This document shows, in pieces, positions 44,141 to 60,870 of a stretch of DNA of 64,000 nucleotides (the stretch's first letter is position 1; every line of letters starts with the position of its first letter). Under the pieces are notes generated by a model. The model did not search any database. It saw nothing but the letters and a program-made list of their open reading frames with translations, and was not told the origin of the DNA. Source of the DNA: the human T2T-CHM13v2.0 reference genome, Homo sapiens. The stretch lies in the NCBI RefSeq assembly GCF_009914755.1, contig NC_060928.1. One strand, 5' to 3'. Both the position numbers and the translations under genes were made by a program.

Positions 44141-44374
44141 CGGAATATGCATTTTTAAAGATACACATGTGCCCACACACACACAGAGGAATAAAACTGC
44201 TAGGCCATGAGGCGTTTTGATCTTATAAGGTAGTGAATGGTAAATTATTTTCCTAAGTGGTTGTGTCAGTTTGTACTACAAGTGCGTTAGGAGTTTCCAC
44301 TGTTTTATGTCTTCACTGACTCTTGGTGTTGTCAGACTTCTTAATTTTGCCAGTCTAGTGGGTGTAAAATAGTA

Positions 44375-44830
44375 TCTGTATCAGTTAGTCACTGTTACAT
44401 ATTAACTACTCCACAACTTAGTGGCTTAAACAACCATTTAATATTTCTCATTGGCCTGGGGTATGATGCACGGTTCTGCTCATCTGGGCCAGGCTCTGCT
44501 GATCTCACCTGAGCCGCTCATGACTTACAGAGAGTTGTCAGGTTAGCAATGGGCTGGCTGGTCTAGGATGGCCTCATGTTTGAGCTCTGTTCCATGGGTC
44601 TCTCATTCTCCAGTAGGACAGACAGTACAGACTTGTTCTCATTCTAAGGCAGAAGAGCAAAAGAAAGAGCAGAAACACATAAAGTGCTTGTACAAGATCT
44701 GCTTGCAATAAGTTTGCTATTATCATGTTGGATTTGGTCAAGTCTACAGTTAGTGAGGGAAGGAACTACCAGAGTTTAGGCACAGGGAGGTATGAAAAGT
44801 TGGGATCATTCGTACAGTCAGTTCACCAAC
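44375..44830 (-). mobile_element. Old MLT1 LTR relic
   Basis: tgtatcagttag...ccacaacttagtggcttaaacaacc...gggctggctggtctaggatggcctca. Confidence 0.6.
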
Positions 44831-44940
44831 GTGGTTTTAAATCGTATTTCCTTGGCTAGTATTGAGGTTGAGTATCTTTTCATATGTTTACTGGCCATAT
44901 ATATTTCTTCTTCTGAAATGCCTCTTCAAGTCTTTTGTCC

Positions 44941-45278
44941 ATTTTATTTTATTCTATTTTATTTTATTTTATTTTATTTTATTTTATTATTTTATTGAGA
45001 CAGAGTCTTACTCTGTCAGCCAGGCTGAATGCAGTGGTGTGATCTCGGCTCACTGAGACCTCCGCCTCCTGGGTTCAAGTGATTCTCCTGCCTCAGCCTC
45101 CCAAGTAGCTGGGATTACAGGCACATGCCACCATGCCCAGCTAATTTTTTTGTATTTTTTGTAGAAATGGGGTTTTGCCATGTTGGCCAGGCTGGTCTCG
45201 AACTGCTGGTCTCAGGTGATCTGCCCATCTCAGCCTCCCAAAGTGCTAGGATTACAGGCATGAGCCACCACACCCGGC
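44941..45278 (-). mobile_element. AluS with (ATTTT)n tail
   Basis: Reverse Alu; TSD cttttgtccatttta. Confidence 0.94.
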
Positions 45279-46264
45279 CCTTTTGTCCATTTTATACGTA
45301 GATTTTGTCCTTTTTAGGTTTATTCAGAAGAGTTCATTGTTATTAATTTAAATGCTAATCCTTTGTCAGATACATTTGTGTTTCAAATATATTCTTTCAG
45401 TTTCTATCTTTCTTTTTACTTTTTGCTTCTTGGTATCTTGAAGAAAAATTTTATACTACAACCAATTCATGATTTTTTTCTTGTGTTTTTGAGGTGTGTT
45501 TTTTGTATCTTATTTACTAATCTTATTTTGTGTCTTATTTACATTTTTCCTATTCTAAATCATTAAGATACTTTCTTATATTCTCTTCTAATTTTTTTTA
45601 AGTTTTACTTTTCACAGTTTGGTCTCTAATGTATCAGGAACCGATTTTGTGTTTGTTATGAAAGAGATTCAATTTTCACTTTTTCCCACATGATAAAACA
45701 ATTATCCCATTAAAAAACCAATTGTACCATTGATGAAATACCCTTTTGCCCACTGATCTGTCTTCCTTGTTACAACAGCCACATATTGAGTTTCCATGTT
45801 TGTGTTGTCTGTACTCAAGCTTTCCGTTCTGTTCCACTGATCTCTTCTGTGCCAGCACCACATGCTTGTATAACTGTAGCTTTATATGTTTTCATATCTA
45901 TGATAGCAATTTTCCACACTTTTTGTTCTTCCAGAGTATCTTAACTATTCATGGAAATTTGTTCATTCATTTAAGTTTTAGGATAAGGTTATCAATGTTT
46001 GTAAAAAGCCTATAGGAATTTTGATTGGAATTGGAGTTTTATACAGATCAAATGTGGGGAAATCTGAAATCTTTACAGTATTATATGTTCCTTTCCACAA
46101 ATATTATAAATCTCTCATTTACTTAGGTCTTCTTTTAGGTTTTTTGAATCAGTTTTTATAGTTTTTATCTCTAAGGGATTTGCTCAGCTTTGTTAGATTT
46201 ATTCATAAGTTCCTTAATTTTCTTTCTGTGACTATTGTAAATTCTTTTTTAAAATGTATTTTAA

Positions 46265-46575
<311 letters not shown>

Positions 46576-47729
46576 TTACTATTTTTTAAACTGTCGCTGG
46601 AATAGAAATAGAATTTATTTTTATGTTGTCATTTGTATTTCTATAAAGTTAATCATGTTACTTGCAAATAATTATAGTTTTATTTTTTCTTTTCCAATCC
46701 TTATAGCTCACCTAATTTTGCTGTGTTGTTCTGGCTATGATCACTAGTACAATGTTGAGTAGATTAAAAGTAGTAACAGTGGCATCTTTATTTTGATTCT
46801 GATTTTAAGGAGAATGCTTCTCACATTTTACTCCCTTCTCTTTCTTCTTTTCTTCATTACACCACCGCTCCGATTAGTTGGCTCAGACTCCTGAAAAATG
46901 TACAGGAACCTAAACTGTATGATGTTTCTATTTAACAACTCGCTAATTTTCCAGTGTCTTCATAATTGAAAAGCACTCTTCTTTTTTTATCTGCATTGTT
47001 TTCATTCTGTTTAAGGTATGATTCTCTCCTCATTTAAGAGTGTAATGCTCTTTTCTCCTATGTTTTTGGCTCATTAATTATCTTACACTTCAAGGTTCAA
47101 TTGTTTGCACAGCTTTTGTCTTTTCCAAACAACCAACTTTCGTAGTATTCTTACACTTCTTTTTATCTATTTGGTTAAGTAGTGTGACAATAGTGTCTTC
47201 AAACATTTACATTTTTAACTAAGGAGATAAAAGGAAAAAGAAATGTAATATTTGTTACTTTCTATACATGCTTTACATACATTATTTCCATTTTAATCTA
47301 CACAAGAATAACCTATTAAGGTAATTATTGTTCTATGTTTTATGGACTCTAAGATACACATTTGTTTATATTTTAACACTTCTGAATTAAGGATCTCTTA
47401 CAATGCATGTGATAAGAAAGCATATTATCATAGTTTAATTAGCCACCTTTTCTTCTTCATGGTGCATAAAATAATGGTTTTTGTTATAAGTAATGGTGTA
47501 CTCGATTTGATGAAATGTAGAATTGACCAATTTACAGATGAGAAATCTGGGACTCTGTTATGCCAGAAAATTTGCTCAAGATACACAGCTAGCAAACGGC
47601 ACAGTTGAAATCTGAACCCATGTCTGTCTCACACCAAAACCTATGCTGTCTTTCAAAAGAGCACACATGATATGGCAATTAGCACATATTCATTAATTGT
47701 AGTTCCAACAATAGTAATTGCCGACTACC

Positions 47730-48942
<1,213 letters not shown>

Positions 48943-51900
48943 TATCTTGCTAATAGCTTTCGTACATATTACCTAGTCTAATGACACACATTGTCTTTGA
49001 TAAACATACATCTTTATCAGACTTCTTTATTAAGAAGCTCAGTTTAATAAATTACATCAAATGGGTTGCCAGTGTACCATTTAAAAATTACTCTTTTGTT
49101 AAAATTCATTCATTGATATATTTTAAATATGTGCTGGCCTTCTTTTCTGGTAACTGGGCTATCATAGCTATGAAGAAGATGAACGCGTTTCTTGCTGTCT
49201 TGGAGCTGACAGTCAAACTGATTAAATAATTCTGGCCACATTTCTTCATGATTGGGAAAAATTAAATTAAGTGCTATGAAACATTTGGTTAGCTGTGTAA
49301 GCTGAGGCAACCCAGACAGAACAGCCTGTATCAGAAGACACCAGCTTACCAACCTGACCTGTCCCAATGCCAAGCACAAGAATTGGTAGGACATTTGTTC
49401 AGTCCGTTCAGTTCAGGTATTAGCTGGCAGGAACAACACCTGGACTACCTAATTAGGACTAAACACATAATATGGAATAAGAATTACATATCGTTTACTA
49501 AGCCCTAATTTAAGTAGACACAGAGACAGCTGGCTTAATGGGGGAGGTTATCCCAAGAAATGCCAATAGGGGAGTAGGGAAGTGACATAGGAAACCAATA
49601 AATGACTATTTCCAAGCAAGTTGCCACTAGGTCTAACTAGAGATGAATCCTGCAGGGACCTATGGGGGACAGTGAAGAGCACATCTGAGTTTCCTGGTGA
49701 GAGGCAAGGGAGCTAGAATACATATCTGCCACCTCCTACCAGCCATTGGTTGGAGGCTACTGGACAATGGGTATGTGCTGTGTTAGAGAGGTGGTGGGGC
49801 AGTGATGGTTGCAGTGAATTCTCTAGCACCTTTGCATGTCCAAGAAAGCCCTAGGGCTTAGGCAAAAGGGTTGCAAATTCTGGCAGTTGCAAGTCTGGCA
49901 GGAAATAAGTGCTCAGAGGGGATATTAATGGAACTACCTATATATCCGCCATAACTACCGTTCTGTCCAGTTCTGATGTTCATTCCAAGTTTTCCATACT
50001 AATGAATGGAAAAAATCTTTCACCTGATGTGGTTGAAGGCTTATCTTCATGCCCCTTTAAACAAATGCTTTGGTGTATATCATTTGCTATTCCCTTTTCA
50101 GCTTCCATTGCCATTCAGGTTCCAGCTTGTTAGCCTTGCTGTGGTAACACCCTTGTATCCCGGCTTTTAATGTTATTGTGTAGAATTTCTCTCCATCTGA
50201 AGTATCTCAACATCTTCACTGACTGAATGCCTAAGGAGGATTGTTTTCCTCCAATGAAAAACAATCCTTGTGAAATGCTTGCACAACTACCACTTTTCCC
50301 ACAATCACTTTACTGGATTTGCTCTTGCAGTGTCAGCAGGAGGAAATTTATTACACCTACCCTGATTTGGGGCGGGGAAAGAGCATCTTTTGGATTGGAA
50401 GAAATTTGGAACTGGCTTTTCTCTCTTTGCAGAAGTGATTGGTTCTCCAACCCTTCCTCTCGGACACTAAGAACCATCCATCCTCCCCAGCTCTAGAACC
50501 TGAGGGTTTTTTTCCTATTTAACTCTTTCAGCCGTGAGTAAGCCATCTCTAGGCTTACCTTTTAATATCAGTTTTAGCATTTAATCCTATTTTAGCATTT
50601 AATCCTATATTTTCTGGAGAGATGGTATAACATAAGATTCCAACGGTAGGCTCTGGCATCCAATTCCACTGGTGGAAATTCTGGATCCCCACATCTCTGT
50701 GGCCTTCATTTTCCATATCCATGGAATATGGGAAATTATCATATCTAGCACATGGAGCTGCCATGAGAATTGAATGGGCTAATACTGTATAGCCCTTAGA
50801 AAAGTGCCTGGCACATAGCCCTCAATAACTATGAGCCACTTTTCAATTTGGCCTTGATTAGAACTGATACTTTCTTTTGATGTCAGGAACTTTTCAAGTT
50901 TGCCATTTAGCAACTAGAGAGTAAATACAATAATTGTATTGTCACTTTAAGTAAATCAAGAAGCCAGAATAACTTATTTGCCTCATTATATGTCATAAAT
51001 AATTCAGGACTGAAATTTTTCTTAACTGCCAAAAGGCAGTCAAATTGTAAAACCCCATCCTACTTCTCACCTCTTATCTATATGAACAAAAAAAACTGTG
51101 AAATGAACCAGCACAGTCCTGAGTTGCGTCTTCCCTTTCCTAATGAGTCATTTAACTTAAATTACCTAGTTGTTCTTGTGAGGAAAGGAACAGCTGCAAA
51201 AAGTTGGCAGGTTTCCAAATGCCTGGCAATGCAATTTAGATAAAAATATAGGTGTTTATGGATGATGACATTATTTGGACCACAAAGTTTTCCTAATCTA
51301 TGCCCTGGCTAGCAAATGGCTCTGTTCTCCACGCTGTCTGCTGACCTGCCTCCTGGCGGGGCTGTGATGTTTTTAGCAAGGTGAAAGAAGCATTATTACA
51401 GTCATGCCCTTGGAGTTGACTTCTGCCCATTGACTCATTTTATCCTCACAACAACCTGGTGGAGTACTGGAACAGGTAGTTTTACAGTCACGCTAATGGT
51501 TATGCTTAAAACTGTGTAGCTATTTATACTCAATACTAAAAATGGAACCCACTTTTAGGGCCATCTAGACTATAACCATGAGTTCCCTTTTTCTTATCCT
51601 ATGTTTCTGTGTGGAGACCAAAAAACAGTAACAACAACAACGACAGCAACATTACAAAACAAAAACCCTTTGAGTTTGTACCTAGTTTAAGTCATCTGTA
51701 TCTCAGAAGCTGCCTTCTCTTTTATGGCTTCTTACAAGGTCATCTAGAAACTTGAAAGAGTTTGTTTTTCATCAGGTATTTGTTCCAGAGGAGTGGAAAG
51801 AAAATATAGACAGACAAACAGGCTTTCAGAGGGAAACTCAGCTCTGAGATGGTCCCAGGGATGCCAGGCCTCACAGGAATAGGTCCAACAGGAATTGGGG

Positions 51901-52324
51901 TTCACTCTAAGGTTAAAAAACCAAGGGAGTCAGGGTGCAGTAAGAGGCAAAAACACAGACCTTGGAGTCAGGCCTTGATCAAGTGTTTAATTTCTCTGTG
52001 CTTCAATTTCCTCTTCTAGCAAAACTGAGACCTATAATACCAAGAGTACCTACCTTACAGGATGATGAGGATTAGGTATGATAATGTAACTTTAAGGTAG
52101 GCACAGCTTTCTTAAACAGCAAACACAAAGAACTAACTGCAAAAGAAAAGATTAATAATTTGAACTTCATTAAAATTAAGAACTTTATTAACTATAAAAT
52201 GTAATTAGCTGTGTGAAAAGAAAGCCTGACGTATTATATTTTCCAAAGATGGTTGTGACAATATTTCCTATCCATGTACTCATTCAAAACCTTGCCACTG
52301 CCTGATTTGAAAAAGGTGCAGTTT

Positions 52325-52737
<413 letters not shown>

Positions 52738-54957
52738 CTATGTGACTTCTGGGGCTAGATAATAAAAGATCATAGTTTTACCTCTCTTGGGACATTCACC
52801 CTGGAAACAAACCACAATAATGTGAGGAAATATAAGCCATATGGAGAAGCCCATGTGCATAGGAATGGCAACCTCCATCGCTCTACCCAGCTGACAGTGA
52901 GCTCCAACTTTCCAGCCATGTAAGCGAGTCATCTTGGAAGCAACTGTTTCTGCCCGTAGTTGAGTCACCCCTGCTGATGCCATATGGGAGAGAAAAAAGC
53001 CTTCTCTGTTAAGCCTTACTCAAAATGCATATAAGCAAAATATATGAATGTTATTATTCTAAACTACCACATGGGGAGGGGGATAGTGTGTTATTCAGCA
53101 ATGAAGAACCAGGAAGTCTGGCACGTAGAAGCGGGGTGTGCCATAACAAGACCTAAAATATGTGACAGTGGCTTAGGGATGTGGAGTTAGGCGGAAGCTG
53201 AATGAGCCTAGGAACTGTTATAGAAGTCTAAAGGGTCTTGAGTATGCTGTTGGCAAAAGCTTGTAAGAAGTGAGGAAAATGTTTGGGACAGCTGGAGGAC
53301 AGGAGTCTGTTATTATGCAGTGATGCAAAGTTTAGTAACACTCTCACCTGTGGTTCCACTGAAAATAGAAAATAATGAACTAGGTAATATAGCTAAGGGC
53401 ATTTCCAGGCAGTGTTGTAGGTACTACGTGGCTTCTTCTCACTGTATATAGTAAAACAGGTGAGGAGAAAAGAAACTATATAAAGAAAAGGATAAACTCT
53501 TAAGTATAACGGAGCTGGGACTTGTTGGGCTCAAAAATAAAATCGCTCCTCATTTCCAGCCTCTCCAGATGGCAAACAGTGCTAAAATTAAGAAATGGCT
53601 TCAGGCAGAGATCAAATCCAGGGCATGATAATGAAAATAGTCTTAAGATGAAACTGAGGGTGGCCAGTAAAATCCTTTGTTAAGACCTCATAGTAGTTTT
53701 TCACAGTAGTCTTTGCCTTTCAAACTAAGAAATAGCCCTCTAAAGATCTTAAGACTGTGTTTCTTAGATCCTCTCTATTAAGAAATGAGGATTCTCAGAA
53801 TCTTAGTTTCCCTATAAAGAGTTCAGTTTTATAGGGAGCCTAGGCATTATATCAGCCTTACAGGAAGCCCACAATAGAGGAGACCTTATCTCAAAATAAT
53901 TGGAAGTTTTTGAGTTTTTTTTTTTTTTTTTTTTTGGCATAATGTAGTGGATTCTAAATTAACCTGTAAGAAATTCATAGTTTTTTAAAGGAATTGTAAC
54001 AGCTTGGACTAAAACGGACCAATACACAGTGAAAAGAAGTTTAGGGACTTTCAAACATCTATGGACAGAAAGAAGGTTGAGAAAACTACTCAGCCTCAAA
54101 CACTTGCTGCGCTAATTAGAATGATAATCCAGAAGAAGGAACAAAGAGCCCAGAGGACAGAACCCAAAGCCACAGAGAATCATTCCGGGGAATTAGAACT
54201 GAGCCCTACATGTGCTCAGCTAGATTTCAGACCAGTGACTACTGTGTATCTCCACCTTCCCCCCATTTTAAACAGGAGTTCTCACTGCAACCAGTCTATG
54301 ACTGTTTCATACATTAGGAATGTGTGGGGCAGACAACTTTAGTTCACAGGTGCTCAGATGGAGGACAGTGGTATTCAAGGAGAGGTGCTGAGGAGCCTTA
54401 TCCACATCTGGACCAGATTTAGATAATGAGATCTTGAGTTAGTCATAACAAGATGAGACATTGAGGGGGTCTTTGAGAAGGAGGTAAGCATATCTTGCAT
54501 ATGAGAGGAATGTAAATTGTTGTGCCCAGAGGGCATACTGTAGTATATCATATTTTCAAAAAATGGCCACAACAATATGTCTAGTCCCACATGGTCTTCC
54601 AAATAGTTTCCACTCCTACATCAAGAGGTAAAGTCTGTGTTTTTCTCTCTTAAAACTGGGAGGGCCTTTGTGACTGCCTTGACTAATATTGAATGGTGTA
54701 AGTGATGCTACGTGACTTCCAAGGCTAAATTATAAAAGTTTATTCAACCTGGATCACTCTCTTAGGATACATGCCTTTTGGAACCCTAAGACACCAGGAA
54801 AGAAGCCCAGCTTCCCTGATGCTCAGTGCTAGAGACACCACGAGGGCAAGACTGCACTGAGTTACAGAGAGACTCCTTAGGAGCACCAGCTCTTCTCGTC
54901 CCCAGCTGTTTGAGCCCAAGTATCAGACTTGGGAAAAATTGAGATGTCAAAAAACGT

Positions 54958-55296
<339 letters not shown>

Positions 55297-55514
55297 TCAC
55301 CATCTGACTGCAGTCTAATAAGAGACCCAAAGTGAGAACTACCCAGCTGAGCCCAATAAACCCTTGGACTCATGAGAGAGAATAAAATATGATTGTTGTT
55401 GTTTTCAGCTGCTCAATCTTGGGATGATTCATAATACATCAATAAATTATTGGCATTGCAGCCAGCATTCCTACAAATAAGAAAAAGACAACATTTTTAA
55501 AAACCTAAAACAGA

Positions 55515-56052
55515 GAACTTAAAACAGAATTACCATTTGACCCAGCAATCCCATTATAGAGTATATGCCCAAAGGAATACAAATCATTCTACCTTAAAGA
55601 CACACACATGACTATGTTCATCGTAGCACTATTCACAATAGCAAATACATAGAATCAACCTAAATGCTCATCAATGGTAGGCTAAAGAAAATGTATATAT
55701 ACATCATGGAATGCTATGCAACCATAAAAAAGAATGAGATCATGTCCTTTGCAACAACATGAATGGAGCTGGAGGCCATTATCCTAAGCAAACTCACACA
55801 GAGAACCAAATATGACATGTTCTTACTTAAGTACACGTGGACACAAAAAAGGGAACAGCAGATATCAGGGCTTACTTGAGGCTGGAGAATGGGAGGAGGG
55901 TGAGGATCGAGAAACTACATATCAGGTACTATGTTTATAACCTGAAGGATGAAATAATCTATACGCTAAACCCCTGTGAGATGCAGTTTACCTGTACAAC
56001 AAACCTGCACATGTACTCCTGAACCTAAAACAAAAGTTTAAAAAAGAAAAAA
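55515..56052 (+). mobile_element. L1 3' end (old L1PA/L1PB-like)
   Basis: accatttgacccagcaatccca...gagatcatgtcctttgcaacaacatg...aacaaacctgcacatgtac...A tail. Confidence 0.85.
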
Positions 56053-56362
56053 AGTAAGCAAAAAGGCTCTCTACAAAAAAGAATTTCCAAATGGCCAATA
56101 AGTATATTAAAAAGTGCTTAACATTATTAGTAACTGTGGAAATGAAAATTAAAACTACATGACACAACCACACATACCCCAGAATGACTAGAATTAAACA
56201 TTGATAATATCAAGCATTGGTAATAATGTGGAACAACTGGAATTATCTTGGAAGCTGCTAGTAAATACTTAAACCGGTAAAACCACTTCGGAGAACTTCT
56301 TGGAAGTATCTACTATTGTACACTAAACCCACACCTATTCTGTGATATAATTCCATCCCTAG

Positions 56363-56400
56363 GTATCAGATTGGTACAAAAGTAATTGTAGTTTTTGCAA
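56363..56400. mobile_element. MADE1 (Mariner) half element
   Basis: tcagattggtacaaaagtaattgtagtttttgc resembles the MADE1 TIR TTAGGTTGGTGCAAAAGTAATTGCGGTTTTTGC. Confidence 0.7.
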
Positions 56401-56568
56401 AAATTAGCCAGGCACGATGGCATAACCCTGTAGTCCCAGCAATTCAGGAGGCTGAGGCAAGGAAATCGCTTGAGCCCAGGAGGTCAAGACTGCAGTAAGC
56501 CATGATTGCGCCACTGCACTCCAGCCTAGGTGACAGAGTGAGACCCTGTCTCAAAAAAAAGAAAAAAA
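56400..56568 (+). mobile_element. Alu right arm (AluJ/FRAM-like)
   Basis: aaattagccaggc...gagaccctgtctc plus A tail. Confidence 0.88.
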
Positions 56569-56765
56569 GTTTTTACTGTGGGGAGGTAAGGGTATTGTCT
56601 GGGAAATGAGAATAAGGGAGGCTTATTGGGTGTTGGAAATGTGCTATATCATGATCTGGGTGGAGTTTACCAAGGGCATACATATATAAAAATTTATTGA
56701 GATTTATAATGGACTATAAAGATTTATGTACCTTACTGCCTGTTATACCTCAATAAAATGTCTTC

Positions 56766-57059
56766 AGCCAGGTGTGGTGGCTCATGCCTGTAATCCCAGC
56801 ACTTTGGGAGGCCAAGGTGGTTGAATCACAAGGTCAGGAGTTCAAGACCAGCCTGGCCAAGATGGCGAAACCCCGTCTCTACTAAAAATACAAAAATTAG
56901 CCAGGCGTGGTGGTGCATGCCTGTAATCCCAGCTACTTGGGAAGCTGAGGCAGAGAATTGCTTGAACCCGGGAGGCGGAGTTTGCAGTGAGCCAACATCA
57001 CACCATTGCACTCCAGCCTGGGCAACAGAGCGAGACTCTGTTTCAAAAAAAAAAAAAAA
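56766..57059 (+). mobile_element. AluS
   Basis: Full Alu plus poly(A). Confidence 0.94.
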
Positions 57060-58029
57060 GTTTTCAATGCATGTGTATCACTTAGCACAGTGCCTGGCAT
57101 ATAGTAAATGTGCAGTAAATGTTTGATATCATGAACTCAGCTGTTCATTAAAACTAAAGGGAGTCAATTGTGTCAAAGTGTAGCAAAGGACCCATCGCCC
57201 TTGCATTTCCTGAGAGTTTGAAAACCTCTATGAGCTGTTACATAGCTGGAGAAGGAGAAACATGGAAAAAGCAACCTGTCCACTTTGTCTTCTCAGGTCC
57301 AGGTTTGTTAGAGCTGCCAAGCAAGTCTGTCTTATTCCCAAGTGAACTATTAGCTAGAGGCCCCAGGAAGAGTAAACACGGAAGAGCTCTGTTTTATCCA
57401 CCCCAGGGCTGGGATTGAGGTGATAAAAAAAAATAACAGGCCATAATAAATGTGGTATCTGTTAATCCGGTGCCTTCTCCGGGGTTACCCTTCCTCAGAA
57501 AATAAGCCAAACTACCTGAGATGGTGCATTTTACAGGAAATGCCTAGACAGATAATCTCCAAACAGAATTGACTAGAGAAAGCCACAAACACAGATAGAC
57601 TGGTTTGATTAAGAGTTTCTTGATCACAGCTCAGAAGCAAAGCACCCCTTCACAACTAAAAGGAACTCATGGCCACATGGACCAGGGGAAGCTTACCAGT
57701 TTCTAGAGTGAGAATTGGATGAGGGTCATTGACATGTTGCCAACCACCAATTTCTGTAGGGACTGTTTATGTTTAACCTATATATTTATCCTTCCCTGTC
57801 AACCACCCTCACCAAAACACTGGTGTCCTCAACACGATGATCAGCAACTGCACCTGACTCTAGTCAATTCATTCTCCCCAGGAAATTTATCCTGTAAGTT
57901 TTCAAGACAAAAACAGTCTACCAAAAATTCTAGTGTCAAAGAGACCTGAAAAGATGAACACAAAATATTCATAGAGATAAGTTTGATCTCTCCAAATAGT
58001 CTTTCTTCATTCTTCCTTGAAAACTCAAT

Positions 58030-58730
58030 TTGCCCATTTCTTATATTGAAACCATCCCTGAGTCCTAAATATGCCTGGCATCCACCCTTTTCTCTCTGAA
58101 CCCTTCTTCATAGTCCAAGCTACCTTCATTTCTAACCTGGTTCACTGTAATGATCTGGTCTGACTGGTCTGATACTTACATCTTCTCCCTCACCTACCTC
58201 TACTCTACACTACCACCAGAGTGATCTGATTAAAAATGCAAATCTGATCACTTGACCACCCTCCCCATCCCCCAGTAGACTTTGATGATTTTCCATTGCT
58301 TTGCAGATAAATACCAATTCTTAGCATGGCTAAAAGGCCCTGCATGACTTGGCCCCTATCCACCTCTCCAGTGTCATTTTGAACCGTGGTCCCCACCAAC
58401 CACATTCAGGTCATACCTGGCATTCTCCTACCACAGGGCCTTTGAACATGCAGTTGCCATTGTCTGTTACCCTTCTCTTCACCTGGCCAAATTCCATCCT
58501 TTCTTCAGGATTCATCTTAATTGTCACTTACCCAGAGAAGGCTCTTAGCATTTACCACAGTTAAATGTTTCCACTTATTTGTATAGTTATTTGATTAATG
58601 ACCAACCTCACAGTCAGCAAGCTCTTTGAGGTCAGAGATGTAGGTTTTTGCTCATCATTGTATCACTGATGCCTGGCTTAGTGACTGGCACATGAAGATG
58701 CTCAATAAATACTTGTTGAATTAATAAATG
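58030..58730 (+). mobile_element. L2 3' fragment
   Basis: ccagagtgatctgattaaaaatgcaaatctgatca...aggccctgcatgacttggcccct...gctcaataaatacttgttgaattaataaatg. Confidence 0.75.
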
Positions 58731-58981
58731 CAGTCATTACCCAATCACATTTCAAGGTCACATAGTCAATCACGATTTTCCTTTTTTCACACTGTGAGCC
58801 AGATCTTAGCCTTCTCCAATGCTATGCTGGAGGTAAGGCTGAATTGAGGAAGATACACACCTCATGACTCATGACCCAAAATGCAGTGACCATGTCCATA
58901 TTCTGAAAAGCCCACACCAAAACTCACGTTGGAGCAGTTCATCCAGTAAAGCAGTGCCCCGTGAGAAACAAGACTCTGCTA

Positions 58982-59512
<531 letters not shown>

Positions 59513-59583
59513 CTATATCAGAGCTGATATCTGGGAATAGAAGAGAGAATCATCTTGATATAAAGTCAGAGAAGACTAAGCTA

Positions 59584-59881
<298 letters not shown>

Positions 59882-60546
59882 TCAAAAATTGGCCTTTGCT
59901 GCCAGTTTCTGAGGTAGCAGGCGTCTTGTGTTTGAAGTGCATCTGAAATCGTGGTGATGTACTGGTAATAAGATTACTTGCATGACCTCCAGAGTGAAGG
60001 TGTCTCCAGCTCCCACGACAGATTGTTCTTGTTATTTCTGCTTGTCAACTCTGAAAAGTTAGAAGCCATTTCATTTCACTGAGAAATAAGTTTTATGTCT
60101 CAGAGAAAGGCTCATATTAAAGGTCAGAGATTTTTAGTATAGGTCACACCCATTCTCGAGACTCAAAATTCTCAAGTCACCAACAATCTGAAACTCTAGT
60201 CATAAGAGAGCCTCAGTGTGTGGAATGTGGACTCGTATTATGAAGAATGGTTCTAATGCAAGAAGGGGTGCATTCCCACATCAATCTAAAGCTAATATTC
60301 AAAACATGTCATATTTGGGTAAGTGATAAGAATAGAAAGTGGCTATGCTAGATATTGTGCTCCCCCACTTTAGTGACAGAGCATAATTAGGATCATTGTT
60401 CAGCCCCACCATCCTTATATCAGGCCTGATTAGCAGTGTTGTTACTCTGCCTTTGGATCAGTGAAAGTTATTACAGGGTAGGTATGCTGAGTATGGCACA
60501 ATGCCCACCAGGTGCCGATGCTTGTTTCACTCATATCCTATTCTCA

Positions 60547-60870
<324 letters not shown>

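Noticed and set aside
50572-50607. 18-bp tandem repeat ttttagcatttaatccta x2
   Set aside because: Ordinary slippage duplication with no further structure.
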